A stretch of 64,000 bases of DNA from positions 31,347 to 95,346 of the forward strand of contig JBFMEW010000018.1 of the NCBI GenBank assembly GCA_040753175.1, written 5' to 3'. Origin of the DNA: Acidobacteriota bacterium. GTDB lineage: Bacteria; Acidobacteriota; Terriglobia; Versatilivoradales; Versatilivoraceae. Shown one piece after another: positions 39,385-49,186 of this stretch. The notes under the pieces were generated by a model that was not told the DNA's origin, made no database searches, and was given only the letters and a program-made list of their open reading frames with translations. Position 1 is the first letter of the stretch; every line of letters starts with the position of its first letter. Both the position numbers and the translations under genes were made by a program.

Positions 39385-40848
39385 ATGGATTACACCGACG
39401 CCGTTCGCTACTTGTATTCCCTGGGCAACGAAGTCACAGCGGCGAAACTCGAACTCGAGAACATCTCTGCCGTCCTCAGTTTTTTGGGGAATCCGCACCG
39501 GGGCTTTCGGGCGGTTCACGTCGCTGGAACCAACGGAAAGGGATCCGTTTGTGCTTTCATCGAGTCGGTCCTCCGGCATGCAGGCTATCGAACTGGTCTC
39601 TACACGTCTCCCCATTTGGTTCGAATCGAAGAGCGTATTAGGTTCTGCGGCGTGATGATTTCTGAGGCCGACTTTTCTCGGTTGACGGCTAAGGCCAAGG
39701 CTGCTGTGGACCGGTTGCTCGAGGGGAAGGCGCCAGGTTCTCCCCGGTTGGCGCGTCGCCCCACCTACTTCGAAACGGTCACGGCCATTGCTTTTGAGTA
39801 CTTCGCGGAGCAACAGGCCGAGATCGTTGTTGCTGAGGTGGGGCTTGGCGGTCGTTTGGACGCGACGAATGTTCTCGATCCAATGGTGGCAGTCATTACC
39901 AATGTCGATCTTGACCACCAGATTTATCTCGGTCATCGGATTGATGAGATTGCCACTGAGAAGGCCGGAATCATCAAGCCACGGAGCTATGAGTTTTTCC
40001 GGTTTTCTGGAGCGTTTGCTTCGAGGCCCATCGTGAACTTGCCTGTCGTTCTGGGTGAGCCGCAGCCGGTTGTCAAGCGGATCGTCCAGAATCGCTGTGC
40101 GGCAGCCGGAGCAATTCTCGTCGAGACCAAGCGGGAATGTTGGCGTTCGGCTGAGCCGGACCCTCAAGGTCGATTCAGGATCGGCGTCACGAGCTACCAA
40201 GGCAGTGCCCCTCTGGATATTTTGGTGGGACTCCCCGGTCAACACCAGGTTTCCAATGCTCTGACCGCATTAACGGCTTTGGAGGTCCTTCGGTCGGGCG
40301 GAATTAGAGTTGAGGCAAATGATATCCGGCAGGGATTGAGCCAGACGGACTGGGCGGGAAGACTGGATGTCAGAGAAGTCGAGGGGAGGCGCATTGTGCT
40401 GGATGGGGGCCACAATCCTGCCGCCGCTGGAGTCGTGCGCGACCACCTTAAGCGGTTCGTGCCTGAAGGTCTGGCCGCAATGGTCTATGGCTCGATGCGC
40501 GACAAGGACGTGGTGGAGATTGGAAGACTCCTCTTCCCGCTGGCGAGAACAGTGATTTTGACTGAGCCGAATTCGATTCGCAGTCTTGCACCTGCTGAGA
40601 TTGTCCGTATGCACCCAGAGTTGGCGTCTCGTTTTCGGGTGACCACTTCAGCACCGCAGGCCCTTGAGTCAGCACTTCGAGCTACCGCCAGAGGAGAGGT
40701 TATCGCTGTCGTCGGTTCCCTTTATTTGGTGGGGGAGGCCCTTGAGTGGCTGCAACGACGAGCCAACCCAACCACCGAGGTTGCCCTCTCCGAGGAGATG
40801 GTCGTACCTCCATCGAATCTTGCGGTTTTGTCGAAACAGGGAGGATAG
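39385..40848 (+). CDS. folC: Folylpolyglutamate synthase / dihydrofolate synthase
   Basis: HVAGTNGKGS, YTSPHL, EVGLGGRLDATN, DGGHNP and GSLYLVG. Follows accD. Confidence 0.96.
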   Translation: MDYTDAVRYLYSLGNEVTAAKLELENISAVLSFLGNPHRGFRAVHVAGTNGKGSVCAFIESVLRHAGYRTGLYTSPHLVRIEERIRFCGVMISEADFSRLTAKAKAAVDRLLEGKAPGSPRLARRPTYFETVTAIAFEYFAEQQAEIVVAEVGLGGRLDATNVLDPMVAVITNVDLDHQIYLGHRIDEIATEKAGIIKPRSYEFFRFSGAFASRPIVNLPVVLGEPQPVVKRIVQNRCAAAGAILVETKRECWRSAEPDPQGRFRIGVTSYQGSAPLDILVGLPGQHQVSNALTALTALEVLRSGGIRVEANDIRQGLSQTDWAGRLDVREVEGRRIVLDGGHNPAAAGVVRDHLKRFVPEGLAAMVYGSMRDKDVVEIGRLLFPLARTVILTEPNSIRSLAPAEIVRMHPELASRFRVTTSAPQALESALRATARGEVIAVVGSLYLVGEALEWLQRRANPTTEVALSEEMVVPPSNLAVLSKQGG

Positions 40849-40849
40849 C

Positions 40850-41575
40850 TTGGCGTCAAAGCCGATCATTGGGATCTGTTGCCGGATGGACATTGATGGC
40901 GACCAGTTCTATCTGAGAAAGCAGTACAGTGAAGCCGTCTACCACGCCGGCGGAATTCCCGTCCTACTGCCGTTGATTTCCGACCCGGAATACTCTAACA
41001 GCCTGCTGGAAAGATTGGATGGCATCCTGCTTTCGGGCAGCAACAGCGACGTCGATCCTCACCGTTACAAGGAGGACCCGATTCCCCAGATTGGGTCGAT
41101 TATGACTCGGCGAGATCAGACGGATTGGAACTTGCTGGAGGAGGTGTTCAGAAAGAAAGTGCCTCTTCTCGGGATTTGTTTTGGGATGCAGATCCTGAAC
41201 GTCTTTCTGGGCGGAAGCCTCTGGCAGGATATCCCAACCCAGATCGGCCAGGCCCTCAAGCACAGTCAGCGAGGACTTGACGAGTACAAGTCCCACACGA
41301 TCAAGATCAAGCCTCATTCGCTGCTTCACCGACTTGCCGGGCAAGACGAAGCTAAAGTGAACAGCTTTCATCATCAAGGCGTCAAGAGCGTAGCTTCAAA
41401 CCTCGAGTGCGTAGCCGAGGCGGGGGACGGCGTGATCGAAGCGCTGGAATTGAAGGAGGAGGACCACTTCGTGCTGGCTGTCCAGTGGCACCCCGAGATT
41501 GGCTGGAACCAGGATCCGCTCTCGCAGAGGATCTTCAGCGAATTCGTATCCGCTGCCTCGGGTGTCCGCCGGTAA
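40850..41575 (+). CDS. Gamma-glutamyl-gamma-aminobutyrate hydrolase family (peptidase C26, class I glutamine amidotransferase)
   Basis: KPIIGI, LGICFGMQ, VNSFHHQ and AVQWHPE. TTG start after GGAGG. Confidence 0.9.
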   Translation: MASKPIIGICCRMDIDGDQFYLRKQYSEAVYHAGGIPVLLPLISDPEYSNSLLERLDGILLSGSNSDVDPHRYKEDPIPQIGSIMTRRDQTDWNLLEEVFRKKVPLLGICFGMQILNVFLGGSLWQDIPTQIGQALKHSQRGLDEYKSHTIKIKPHSLLHRLAGQDEAKVNSFHHQGVKSVASNLECVAEAGDGVIEALELKEEDHFVLAVQWHPEIGWNQDPLSQRIFSEFVSAASGVRR

Positions 41576-41629
41576 CCCTGAGTTTGGTTGTCATGCCTTC
41601 AACCATCCTTTGAGCCCCAGACCAAGTCG

Positions 41630-42823
41630 ATGCGCAGTCTCCCCAAACAAGACCGACTGGCCATATTCTCGCTTTCTGCCGGCCATTTCATTAATGATGC
41701 CTACTCCAATTTTCTGGGGCCGCTGTTGCCTCTCCTGGTGGCGAAGTTCCACCTGACGATCACCCAGGCCGGATGGTTGGCTGCAATTCTGGTTTTTTCC
41801 TCCTCATTTACGCAGCCCTTTTACGGCTACATCTCAGATCGCTACTTGAAGCGTCTTTTTGCCGTGTTCAGTCCGTTGGTGACGGCCGTTTTCATGTCTT
41901 GCCTCGGACTGGCCTCCGGATACTGGTCCCTGGCGGCCATCTTGTTTTGTGGGGGTGTGGGAATCGCGTCATTCCACCCCCAGAGCGCCGCGATGACAGC
42001 CCTCGCCAGTGGTCATCGCAAGGGCTTGGGCATGTCGATCTTTGTCACCTCCGGAAGCTTGGGCTATTCGTTGGGTCCGATCATCATCACCTATGCGGTC
42101 GCCTGGTGGGGACTGGAAGGCTCGTTCGTGGTGATGCTTCCAGGAATGGTGGTCTTTGCCCTGCTGTACTTCTTGGTTCCACCTTTGGAGCACTCCTCCA
42201 GGAGTTCAGTGCCACAACGGCTCAGAGATGCTCTCCTGCCGGTGTGGTGGCCATTACTCCTCCTCTACCTTCTGGTCGTCATTCGGTCGTCGGTCCAGAT
42301 GTGCTTCGTCAATTTCCTTCCGCTGTATCTCTCTGGCCAGGGGCACAGTTCCCTGTTCGCAGGCAAGATCACGACTCTGTTCCTGTTCTTCGGTGCGGTG
42401 GGCGGTTTTAGCGGGGGAGCCCTCTCCGAAAGGTTCGGACGCCGAAACGTCATCGCCTTTTCGATGCTGTTCTCGACCCCCTTTTTGATTGGCTTTCTGT
42501 GGACGAGCGGTTTGGTGTCTTACACGCTTTTGGCTCTTGGCGGATTGATCCTTCTGTCAACGGTGCCGGTCAACGTGGTGATGGCTCAGGAACTCGTCCC
42601 TCGTGGGGCCAGCACCGTTTCGGCTTTGATGATGGGATTTGCCTGGGGCATGGGGGGATCACTGGTTCCCGCAGTCGGCAAGATCGCCGATCACTTTGGG
42701 TTGGAACAGGCGCTGCTGGCGGTGGTGCTGCTGCCGCTGGGGGGGGGCTTTCTGTCTCTTGGACTTTATCGTCACCTCAGAACGGGAGAGGAGCTGACGG
42801 CGCCGGTTGCCTCTCAGCGATAG
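41630..42823 (+). CDS. MFS transporter (Fsr fosmidomycin-resistance-like)
   Basis: GHFINDAY, QPFYGYISDR and ASFHP motifs with about 12 TMs. Confidence 0.87.
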   Translation: MRSLPKQDRLAIFSLSAGHFINDAYSNFLGPLLPLLVAKFHLTITQAGWLAAILVFSSSFTQPFYGYISDRYLKRLFAVFSPLVTAVFMSCLGLASGYWSLAAILFCGGVGIASFHPQSAAMTALASGHRKGLGMSIFVTSGSLGYSLGPIIITYAVAWWGLEGSFVVMLPGMVVFALLYFLVPPLEHSSRSSVPQRLRDALLPVWWPLLLLYLLVVIRSSVQMCFVNFLPLYLSGQGHSSLFAGKITTLFLFFGAVGGFSGGALSERFGRRNVIAFSMLFSTPFLIGFLWTSGLVSYTLLALGGLILLSTVPVNVVMAQELVPRGASTVSALMMGFAWGMGGSLVPAVGKIADHFGLEQALLAVVLLPLGGGFLSLGLYRHLRTGEELTAPVASQR

Positions 42824-42836
42824 GTTCAGAGCTGAA

Positions 42837-44165
42837 TCAGATGGAGTAGTCGGAGTATTCCGGAGTCGGCGCGGGCCGAGGCGGGTCAGAAAGCATGCCG
42901 GCAGCCACCGTAGCATTCGTCGCTTCATCAATCAAGATAAAGCCACCCATGCTTCGATTTCGGTAGTATTCGTCGTAGATCAGCGGATTAGCCGTCCTCA
43001 AGCGAACCCTCGCAATCTCGTTCAGCGATAAATCCGATGCAGGCTCTTCTTCCAGTGAGTTGATATTCACTCGATAGCAGAGGTCGCGTACGATGGCTCG
43101 GCTGGTTCGTGTGTGCTGCTTGATGAGGTATTTGCGCCCAACCTGCATGGGTGTTTCATGCATCCAGCAAACCATGGCTTCGACGTCTTTGTCCATGAAC
43201 GGAATGTTGTTCGACAAGGCAATCACGTCGCCACGGCCGACGTCAATTTGGTCTTCAAGGATCATCGATACGGACATGGGTGCGTGAGCTGTGGAGAGAG
43301 ATTCCATCCCCACGCAGATGTTCTTGATCCGTGATCGGTGGCCTGAGGGCAGGATTACGACCGGATCCCCAACTCTAAAGTATCCGCTGGCAATCTGTCC
43401 CGCGAACGCCCGAAAATCATGGAACTCTTCGGATTGGGGTCGAATAACCCATTGGACTGGAAAACGTCCATCCACGAGATTCCAGTCCCCAGCGATGTGT
43501 ACGTCCTCAAGAAACCCCAACAACGGCTTGCCTTGGTACCACGGCATCCTCTCCGATCGTTCCACTACGTTGTCGCCGAAGCGGGCGCTGAGGGGAATAA
43601 AGCTGATATGCTTCATTCGCAGTCGAGTCGAGAATGCCGTGAAATCCTGGCGAATAGTGTTGAACACCTCTTCGGAGAAACCGACCAGATCCATCTTGTT
43701 GACGCAGAGTACCAAATGGGGGATACCAAGCAGGGAGGCCAAATAGCTGTGGCGCCGCGTTTGCTCCAAGACTCCATTACGGGCGTCCACCAGAATCAGC
43801 GCCAGGCTTACTGTTGACGCTCCCGTGACCATGTTGCGCGTGTACTGGATGTGGCCTGGCGTGTCGGAGACAATGAATCGGCGCCTGGGTGTGGCGAAAT
43901 AGCGGTAGGCGACATCGATCGTGATGCCCTGCTCTCGTTCGGCTCGCAGACCATCAGTTAGATTGGCCAGGTTGACTTCTGCCTCGCCCCGCTGAAGGCT
44001 GGTTCGCTGCAAGGCCTCCATCTGGTCTTCGAAGATTGATTTGCTGTCGTGAAGGAGACGGCCGATGAGAGTGCTCTTCCCGTCATCAACACTGCCGCAG
44101 GTGGTGAAGCGCAGGAGTTCGACTGACTTTGACTGCGGAAAGCTGGTGCCTGCGGTCATGGTCAA
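42837..44165 (-). CDS. cysN: Sulfate adenylyltransferase subunit 1 (no fused APS kinase)
   Basis: FTTCGSVDDGKSTLIGRLL, EREQGITIDVAYRYF, DTPGH and NKMD. Confidence 0.96.
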   Translation of the reverse strand: MTMTAGTSFPQSKSVELLRFTTCGSVDDGKSTLIGRLLHDSKSIFEDQMEALQRTSLQRGEAEVNLANLTDGLRAEREQGITIDVAYRYFATPRRRFIVSDTPGHIQYTRNMVTGASTVSLALILVDARNGVLEQTRRHSYLASLLGIPHLVLCVNKMDLVGFSEEVFNTIRQDFTAFSTRLRMKHISFIPLSARFGDNVVERSERMPWYQGKPLLGFLEDVHIAGDWNLVDGRFPVQWVIRPQSEEFHDFRAFAGQIASGYFRVGDPVVILPSGHRSRIKNICVGMESLSTAHAPMSVSMILEDQIDVGRGDVIALSNNIPFMDKDVEAMVCWMHETPMQVGRKYLIKQHTRTSRAIVRDLCYRVNINSLEEEPASDLSLNEIARVRLRTANPLIYDEYYRNRSMGGFILIDEATNATVAAGMLSDPPRPAPTPEYSDYSI

Positions 44166-45124
44166 AAGTAACCTTCCCGCTTTCGATCCTCCATCGCGGA
44201 TTCCGAGCGGCGGTCATCCGCTCGAGTCGCCCCCCGTTCCGTGGTCCGCGATGCGGCAATCTCCTTGATGATGCCGCTCACACTGGTGGCAACTGATTCC
44301 ACGGCGGCTGTGCAAACGATGTCGCCCACGGTTCGAAAACGGACCTTCTTACGCTCAATGACCTCGCCCGGACGCAGGCTTAACAGGGGACTTGCACTCA
44401 TCCACATTCCGTCCCGTTTGAACACCTCGCGTTCGTGAGTGAAGTAGATTTGGGGGAGGTCCAAGTTCTCTCTCTCGATGTACTGCCAGACATCCAGCTC
44501 CGTCCAGTTGGTCAGGGGAAATACCCGAATATGCTCTCCCTTGAAAATCTTGGCGTTGTAGAGATTCCACAACTCCGGTCGCTGGTTCTTAGGATCCCAT
44601 TGCCCGAATTCATCGCGGAATGAGAAGACTCTCTCTTTGGCTCGTGATTTCTCCTCGTCGCGTCGGGCTCCTCCGAAAGCTGCGTCAAAACGAAACTCCT
44701 CAATGGCTTGCAGGAGAGTCGGAATCTGAAGCCAATTGCGGCTGCTGTCGCGTCCCGACGGTTCCTGAACAAGACCGGACTGAATGGCATCCTCGACCGA
44801 TCGGACAATGAGTCGCTCGCCCAGCTCTGACACCTTTCGATCTCGGTATTCCAGCACCTCCGGAAAATTGTGACCAGTGTCGATGTGCAGCAACGGAAAT
44901 GGAAACCGCGCCGGCCTAAAGGCCTTTTCCGCCAATCTCAACATGCAGATGGAGTCCTTACCGCCGGAAAACAACATCACCGGCCGCTCAAACTCCGCAG
45001 CCACTTCCCGCAGAATGTGGATGGCCTCTGCTTCCAATACGTCGAGGTGCGATAGGAAATAGCTTTCCACAGGTACCTCAAAATCGGATGTTTTGCTTTC
45101 TTCCTCAACGAGATGGTTTATCAA
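44162..45124 (-). CDS. cysD: Sulfate adenylyltransferase subunit 2 (start uncertain)
   Basis: LFSGGKDS, GGARRDEEKSRAKER, WDPKNQRPELW and RKREGYF. Confidence 0.96.
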   Translation of the reverse strand: MINHLVEEESKTSDFEVPVESYFLSHLDVLEAEAIHILREVAAEFERPVMLFSGGKDSICMLRLAEKAFRPARFPFPLLHIDTGHNFPEVLEYRDRKVSELGERLIVRSVEDAIQSGLVQEPSGRDSSRNWLQIPTLLQAIEEFRFDAAFGGARRDEEKSRAKERVFSFRDEFGQWDPKNQRPELWNLYNAKIFKGEHIRVFPLTNWTELDVWQYIERENLDLPQIYFTHEREVFKRDGMWMSASPLLSLRPGEVIERKKVRFRTVGDIVCTAAVESVATSVSGIIKEIAASRTTERGATRADDRRSESAMEDRKREGYF

Positions 45125-45136
45125 ATGGATTGGCCT

Positions 45137-45886
45137 CTATTGGACTGTCGCTCGAGTTGGAACCAGCTTGCCGTTCGAAAGATGTAGGCCACATTCCCTG
45201 TGCTCCGGGCTCTCCCACCACCAACGGCCTGCCCTCACATCCTCACCGGGCCTGACGGCGCGAGTGCAGCAGGAGCAGCCAATGCTCAAGAAACCCTGAT
45301 TGTGAAGAGGATTGTAGGGGATGTCGTGAGAGCGAACGAAGTCCCACACTTCTTGGTCCGTATACTTCCAGAGAGGGTTGATCTTGATCAAGTCGTTCTG
45401 GGCGTCCCACTCCAGCACATCCGCCTCCTGACGAGTTACGGACTGAGCTCTTCGCAATCCTGTGATCCAAGCCTCCAGGCCGCGGAGAGCCCGTCGGAGA
45501 GGATTGATCTTTCGCACGCCACAACACAGTTTTCTGAGATCAGTGCTCCTGTAAAACAGGTTGATCCCATGCTCGCGTACCATAGCCTCCACTTCGGTAG
45601 CGTCGGGACAATAAACTTCAAACTTAAATCGATATCGGTTCTCGGTTTGCTCGATCAAGTTGTAAGTCTCCGGAAAGAGGCGCCCCGTGTCCAAGGTGAA
45701 GATTCTCATGGAAGGAGCGGATTCCGCAATGACATGGGTGAGAACTTGGTCCTCGACGCCCAGGGAACTGGAGAACGCCACCTTGTCTCCAAACGACTGG
45801 ATTGCCCAGAGCAAAATCTCTCGCTGGCTCAGCTGCCTCAATGTCGGCGCTATCTCTGGGATGTCGTCTCGCGTAATCACTGGCAT
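45137..45886 (-). CDS. cysH: Adenylylsulfate (APS) reductase, thioredoxin-dependent
   Basis: LDTGRLFPETY, CC plus CxxC 4Fe-4S ligands (LCCGVRK, SIGCSCC), RAGRW and ECGLH. Confidence 0.93.
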   Translation of the reverse strand: MPVITRDDIPEIAPTLRQLSQREILLWAIQSFGDKVAFSSSLGVEDQVLTHVIAESAPSMRIFTLDTGRLFPETYNLIEQTENRYRFKFEVYCPDATEVEAMVREHGINLFYRSTDLRKLCCGVRKINPLRRALRGLEAWITGLRRAQSVTRQEADVLEWDAQNDLIKINPLWKYTDQEVWDFVRSHDIPYNPLHNQGFLSIGCSCCTRAVRPGEDVRAGRWWWESPEHRECGLHLSNGKLVPTRATVQ

Positions 45887-45903
45887 TTGGGTTTGAGCTC
45901 CGA

Positions 45904-45960
45904 AAATCTGACTAAGAAAATCAGAATAGTCAATATAACGACTCTTGACAGATCCGTCAA
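45904..45960 (-). promoter_or_regulatory. Sigma-70 promoter of cysHDN with downstream Rrf2-type operator
   Basis: Minus strand TTGACG-N17-TATATT (-35 at 45955-45960, -10 at 45932-45937), followed by ATTCTGATTTTCTTAGTCAGATTT. Confidence 0.65.
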
Positions 45961-46005
45961 GGGGTAGCATTGGACTCAGGGACAAGGAGAACCCTAAATT
46001 TGAGA

Positions 46006-46063
46006 TTGACTCCTTTTCTGGCCCTCAACTATATTGATTAAGCCGATTTGTTTAGTCATCTTG
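46006..46063 (+). promoter_or_regulatory. Sigma-70 promoter of rrf2-cysK with downstream Rrf2-type operator
   Basis: TTGACT-N18-TATATT, followed by TAAGCCGATTTGTTTAGTCATCTT. Confidence 0.6.
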
Positions 46064-46071
46064 TGGCGCTT

Positions 46072-46509
46072 ATGAAGATTTCTACCAAAGGCGAATATGG
46101 TCTGCTGGCCATCCTGGACTTGGCGCTCCACGTCGGTCAGGGACCGGTTCAAAGCTTCCAGGTTGCCGAGAGGCAGCGAATTCCAAAGCAGTATCTGGAT
46201 CAGCTCATGTTGGCCTTAAAGAAAGCTGGGTTGATCGAGAGTTCGCGGGGGAGGCAAGGAGGGTACCAGCTTGCCAAGCCGTCACGCACCATCTCTCTGC
46301 TGGAAGTTCTTGAGGCCCTCGAGGGCCCGATCGAAAACCTGTCATTTGCAGCCAGAGATGCGCGGTCGAACACTCCGTCTCGCGAGCTTCTGCGTTCGCT
46401 GTGGGACGAGGTTTTCTCGCAGACGGTGGAAATTCTCCGTTCAAGAACGTTAGAGGACTTGTGCGATCAGCATAAGAAAATGGAAAATCAGATCATGTAC
46501 TATATCTAA
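46072..46509 (+). CDS. Rrf2 family transcriptional regulator, CymR-like
   Basis: MKISTKGEYGL, YLDQLM..LKKAGLIESSRG..GGYQL, no IscR 3-Cys motif, and a C-terminal MYYI. Confidence 0.88.
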   Translation: MKISTKGEYGLLAILDLALHVGQGPVQSFQVAERQRIPKQYLDQLMLALKKAGLIESSRGRQGGYQLAKPSRTISLLEVLEALEGPIENLSFAARDARSNTPSRELLRSLWDEVFSQTVEILRSRTLEDLCDQHKKMENQIMYYI

Positions 46510-46527
46510 CAATTGTTGGAGAGCTCC

Positions 46528-47478
46528 ATGGCGAAGATCGCAAACGACGTTCTTGACTTGATGGGTGACACACCACTGGTGCGGCTGAACAAAGTGACCA
46601 GTGGGGCCGTTGCAACAGTTGTAGCCAAGCTGGAGTCTCACAATCCAGCCGGCAGCGTCAAGGATCGCATCGGAATCAGCATGATCACGGAGGCCGAGCG
46701 TCTCGGAATCATTGATCGGGACACTACCATTATCGAGCCAACCAGCGGAAACACAGGAATTGCCCTGGCGTTTGTCTGTGCCGTAAAGGGGTACCACCTC
46801 ATCCTAACGATGCCGGACACGATGAGCATGGAGAGACGCACCTTGCTGCGAGCATTCGGTGCCGAATTGATTCTGACACCAGGCGTGGATGGAATGAAGG
46901 GTGCCATTCAGAAAGCGGAGGAACTGGCCAAAAAGACACCCAAGGCCTGGATTCCTCAGCAATTCAGAAACCTGGCTAATCCCAAGGTTCATCGCGAAAC
47001 GACTGCCGAGGAGATTTGGCGTGATACCGACGGACAGGTGGACATCTTTGTGGGTGGGGTCGGCACTGGGGGAACGATCACCGGAGTGGGTGAAGTGATC
47101 AAGGCCCGTAAACCGGAGTTTCGTGTCGTTGCGGTCGAGCCGAAAGACTCTCCGGTTCTTTCGGGTGGGAAACCGGGCCAACACAAGATTCAGGGGATTG
47201 GAGCGGGCTTTGTTCCTGACATCCTCAACACCACGGTGATCGATGAGATCATTCAGGTGACAAACGAAAATGCGATTCAGATGGCTCGTCGTCTGATCAA
47301 GGAGGAGGGGCTGCTCGTAGGCATTTCCTCAGGAGCGGCTGTTCATGCCGCTATCGAGGTCGCATGCCGACCCGAGAACAAGGGCAAGCTGATTGTGACT
47401 GTTCTGCCCAGCACGGGCGAACGCTACCTGAGTACGGTATTGTTTGCGGACTTGAACGCTCCTGCGGCGACTCTTTAA
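46528..47478 (+). CDS. cysK: Cysteine synthase A
   Basis: [40 protein letters not shown] and GERYLST. Confidence 0.96.
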   Translation: MAKIANDVLDLMGDTPLVRLNKVTSGAVATVVAKLESHNPAGSVKDRIGISMITEAERLGIIDRDTTIIEPTSGNTGIALAFVCAVKGYHLILTMPDTMSMERRTLLRAFGAELILTPGVDGMKGAIQKAEELAKKTPKAWIPQQFRNLANPKVHRETTAEEIWRDTDGQVDIFVGGVGTGGTITGVGEVIKARKPEFRVVAVEPKDSPVLSGGKPGQHKIQGIGAGFVPDILNTTVIDEIIQVTNENAIQMARRLIKEEGLLVGISSGAAVHAAIEVACRPENKGKLIVTVLPSTGERYLSTVLFADLNAPAATL

Positions 47479-47501
47479 CCGCGCAGCTGTAGATTCAAGT
47501 G

Positions 47502-47537
47502 AACCCGTTGCTCCATCGGAGAGAAACGGGTTTTTTT
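47502..47537 (+). terminator. Rho-independent terminator after cysK
   Basis: AACCCGTT-g-CTCC-atc-GGAG-aga-AACGGGTT hairpin ending in a T-tract. Confidence 0.75.
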
Positions 47538-47581
47538 GTGACCAGATCCAGTGGTTTGGCCAGCGACAGCCTGTAACCGAG

Positions 47582-48460
47582 ATGGAGCGCCTCAAATTAA
47601 GTCAAGCTTCAGCCGCCGCCAAGTTGTCTCTTCGCGGAATTTCCAAGAATTTCCACACTCGCAACGGCAAGTTCAACGCTGTGGAAAACGTAAACCTCGA
47701 AGTGAGGGCCGGCGAGTTCGTGTGTGTTGTGGGGCCCTCCGGCTGCGGTAAGTCAACCCTGATCAACATCATTGCCGGCTTCGAGAAACCTGACAAGGGT
47801 GAGGCGCTGGTTCAAGGCAAACCGATTCAAGGGCCCGGTACGGATCGCGTCGTGATCTTTCAAGATTTGGCTCTGTTTCCGTGGTTGACCGTGCTCCAGA
47901 ACGTCGAGTTCGGACTGCGCATGGCCAATGTTGCAGAGCGAGACCGAAGGGAGTGCGCTGTGCGCTTCCTCAAGATGGTTCACCTGACGCGGTTCTCGGA
48001 TGCCTACGTTCATCAGCTCTCGGGGGGAATGCGGCAGCGGGTTGCGTTGGCCAGGGCCCTTGCCATCGATCCTGAGATCTTGCTGATGGACGAACCGTTT
48101 GCCGCGCTCGACGCCCAAACGCGCGACATCCTTCACGAGGAGCTCCAAGAAATCTGGGCCGCGACCCAAAAAACGATCCTCTTCGTAACGCACAACGTCA
48201 GGGAAGCGGTCTGTCTTGGCGATCGCGTGGTGGTGTTTGCGGCTCACCCGGGCAGGATCAAGACAGAATTTCACATCGAATACGGGCGACCGCGCCACAT
48301 TGAGGACTCAAACCTGATGGTGTATGCCAAGACCATTCTGGCAGAGCTCAGAACAGAGGTGGAGAAGGTGGCCAAGGAGGAGCTCGACCATGATTGGAAG
48401 GCTGAGCAGAAGAGGTCTTTTGTACGGCCTGATGATTGCGACATGGGAAGTGGCATCTAG
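47582..48460 (+). CDS. SsuB/TauB-like ABC transporter ATP-binding protein
   Basis: GPSGCGKST, LSGGMRQR and LLMDEPFAALDAQTR. Confidence 0.93.
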   Translation: MERLKLSQASAAAKLSLRGISKNFHTRNGKFNAVENVNLEVRAGEFVCVVGPSGCGKSTLINIIAGFEKPDKGEALVQGKPIQGPGTDRVVIFQDLALFPWLTVLQNVEFGLRMANVAERDRRECAVRFLKMVHLTRFSDAYVHQLSGGMRQRVALARALAIDPEILLMDEPFAALDAQTRDILHEELQEIWAATQKTILFVTHNVREAVCLGDRVVVFAAHPGRIKTEFHIEYGRPRHIEDSNLMVYAKTILAELRTEVEKVAKEELDHDWKAEQKRSFVRPDDCDMGSGI

Positions 48461-49145
48461 ACTGGAGATCTGGCCGTCCTACCTGTTTCCATCGGTTCTT
48501 GACGTGTTGCGGACTCTGGCCGATGGAATCTCAGACAAAAGCTTTCTGATTGGAACTGCAATCAGCCTGAAGCGTATCTTGATCGGCTATGCGCTTTCGT
48601 TAGTCATGGGGATCCTGTTGGGTACCGCCATGGGAAGGGTGAAAGCGCTGAGGGAGAGCTTTGGCGGTCTCATCCTCGGTCTGCAAACACTGCCCAGCAT
48701 TTGTTGGCTTCCCTTGGCCTTGTTGTGGTTTGGACTCAGCGAGGCAGCCATTCTGTTTGTGGTTGTGATGGGAGCGGTGCTGTCAATCACGATAGCCACC
48801 CAAGACGGAATCAGAAGCGTTCCACCGATTCTCATTCGAGCAGGTGAAAACATGGGCGCCAAGGGATTTCGTCTGCTGGTCGAGGTGATCCTGCCTGCTG
48901 CCTTGCCCTCCATTATGACGGGAATGAAACAAGGCTGGTCCTTTGCCTGGAGATCCTTGATGGCCGGTGAGCTGCTTTATGTCAGCGTGGGCTTGGGCCA
49001 CTTGCTGACGGTTGGGCGCGAACTTAACGACATGAGCCAGGTGATCGCGGTCATGATTGTGATTGTCTTGATTGGCCTGGCGGTGGACCGCCTCGTTTTC
49101 GCCCAGATTGAAGGTAAGGTCCGGGAGCAGTGGGGGCTGGGCTAG
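48390..49145 (+). CDS. SsuC/TauC-like ABC transporter permease
   Basis: LQTLPSICWLPLALLWFG, EAA-like loop and AWRSLMAGEL. AAGGAGG RBS. Confidence 0.9.
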   Translation: MIGRLSRRGLLYGLMIATWEVASRLEIWPSYLFPSVLDVLRTLADGISDKSFLIGTAISLKRILIGYALSLVMGILLGTAMGRVKALRESFGGLILGLQTLPSICWLPLALLWFGLSEAAILFVVVMGAVLSITIATQDGIRSVPPILIRAGENMGAKGFRLLVEVILPAALPSIMTGMKQGWSFAWRSLMAGELLYVSVGLGHLLTVGRELNDMSQVIAVMIVIVLIGLAVDRLVFAQIEGKVREQWGLG

Positions 49146-49186
49146 CCTCGCTTAGCGGTCGGGATGCCGTTTCTGACGTCTGCGCA

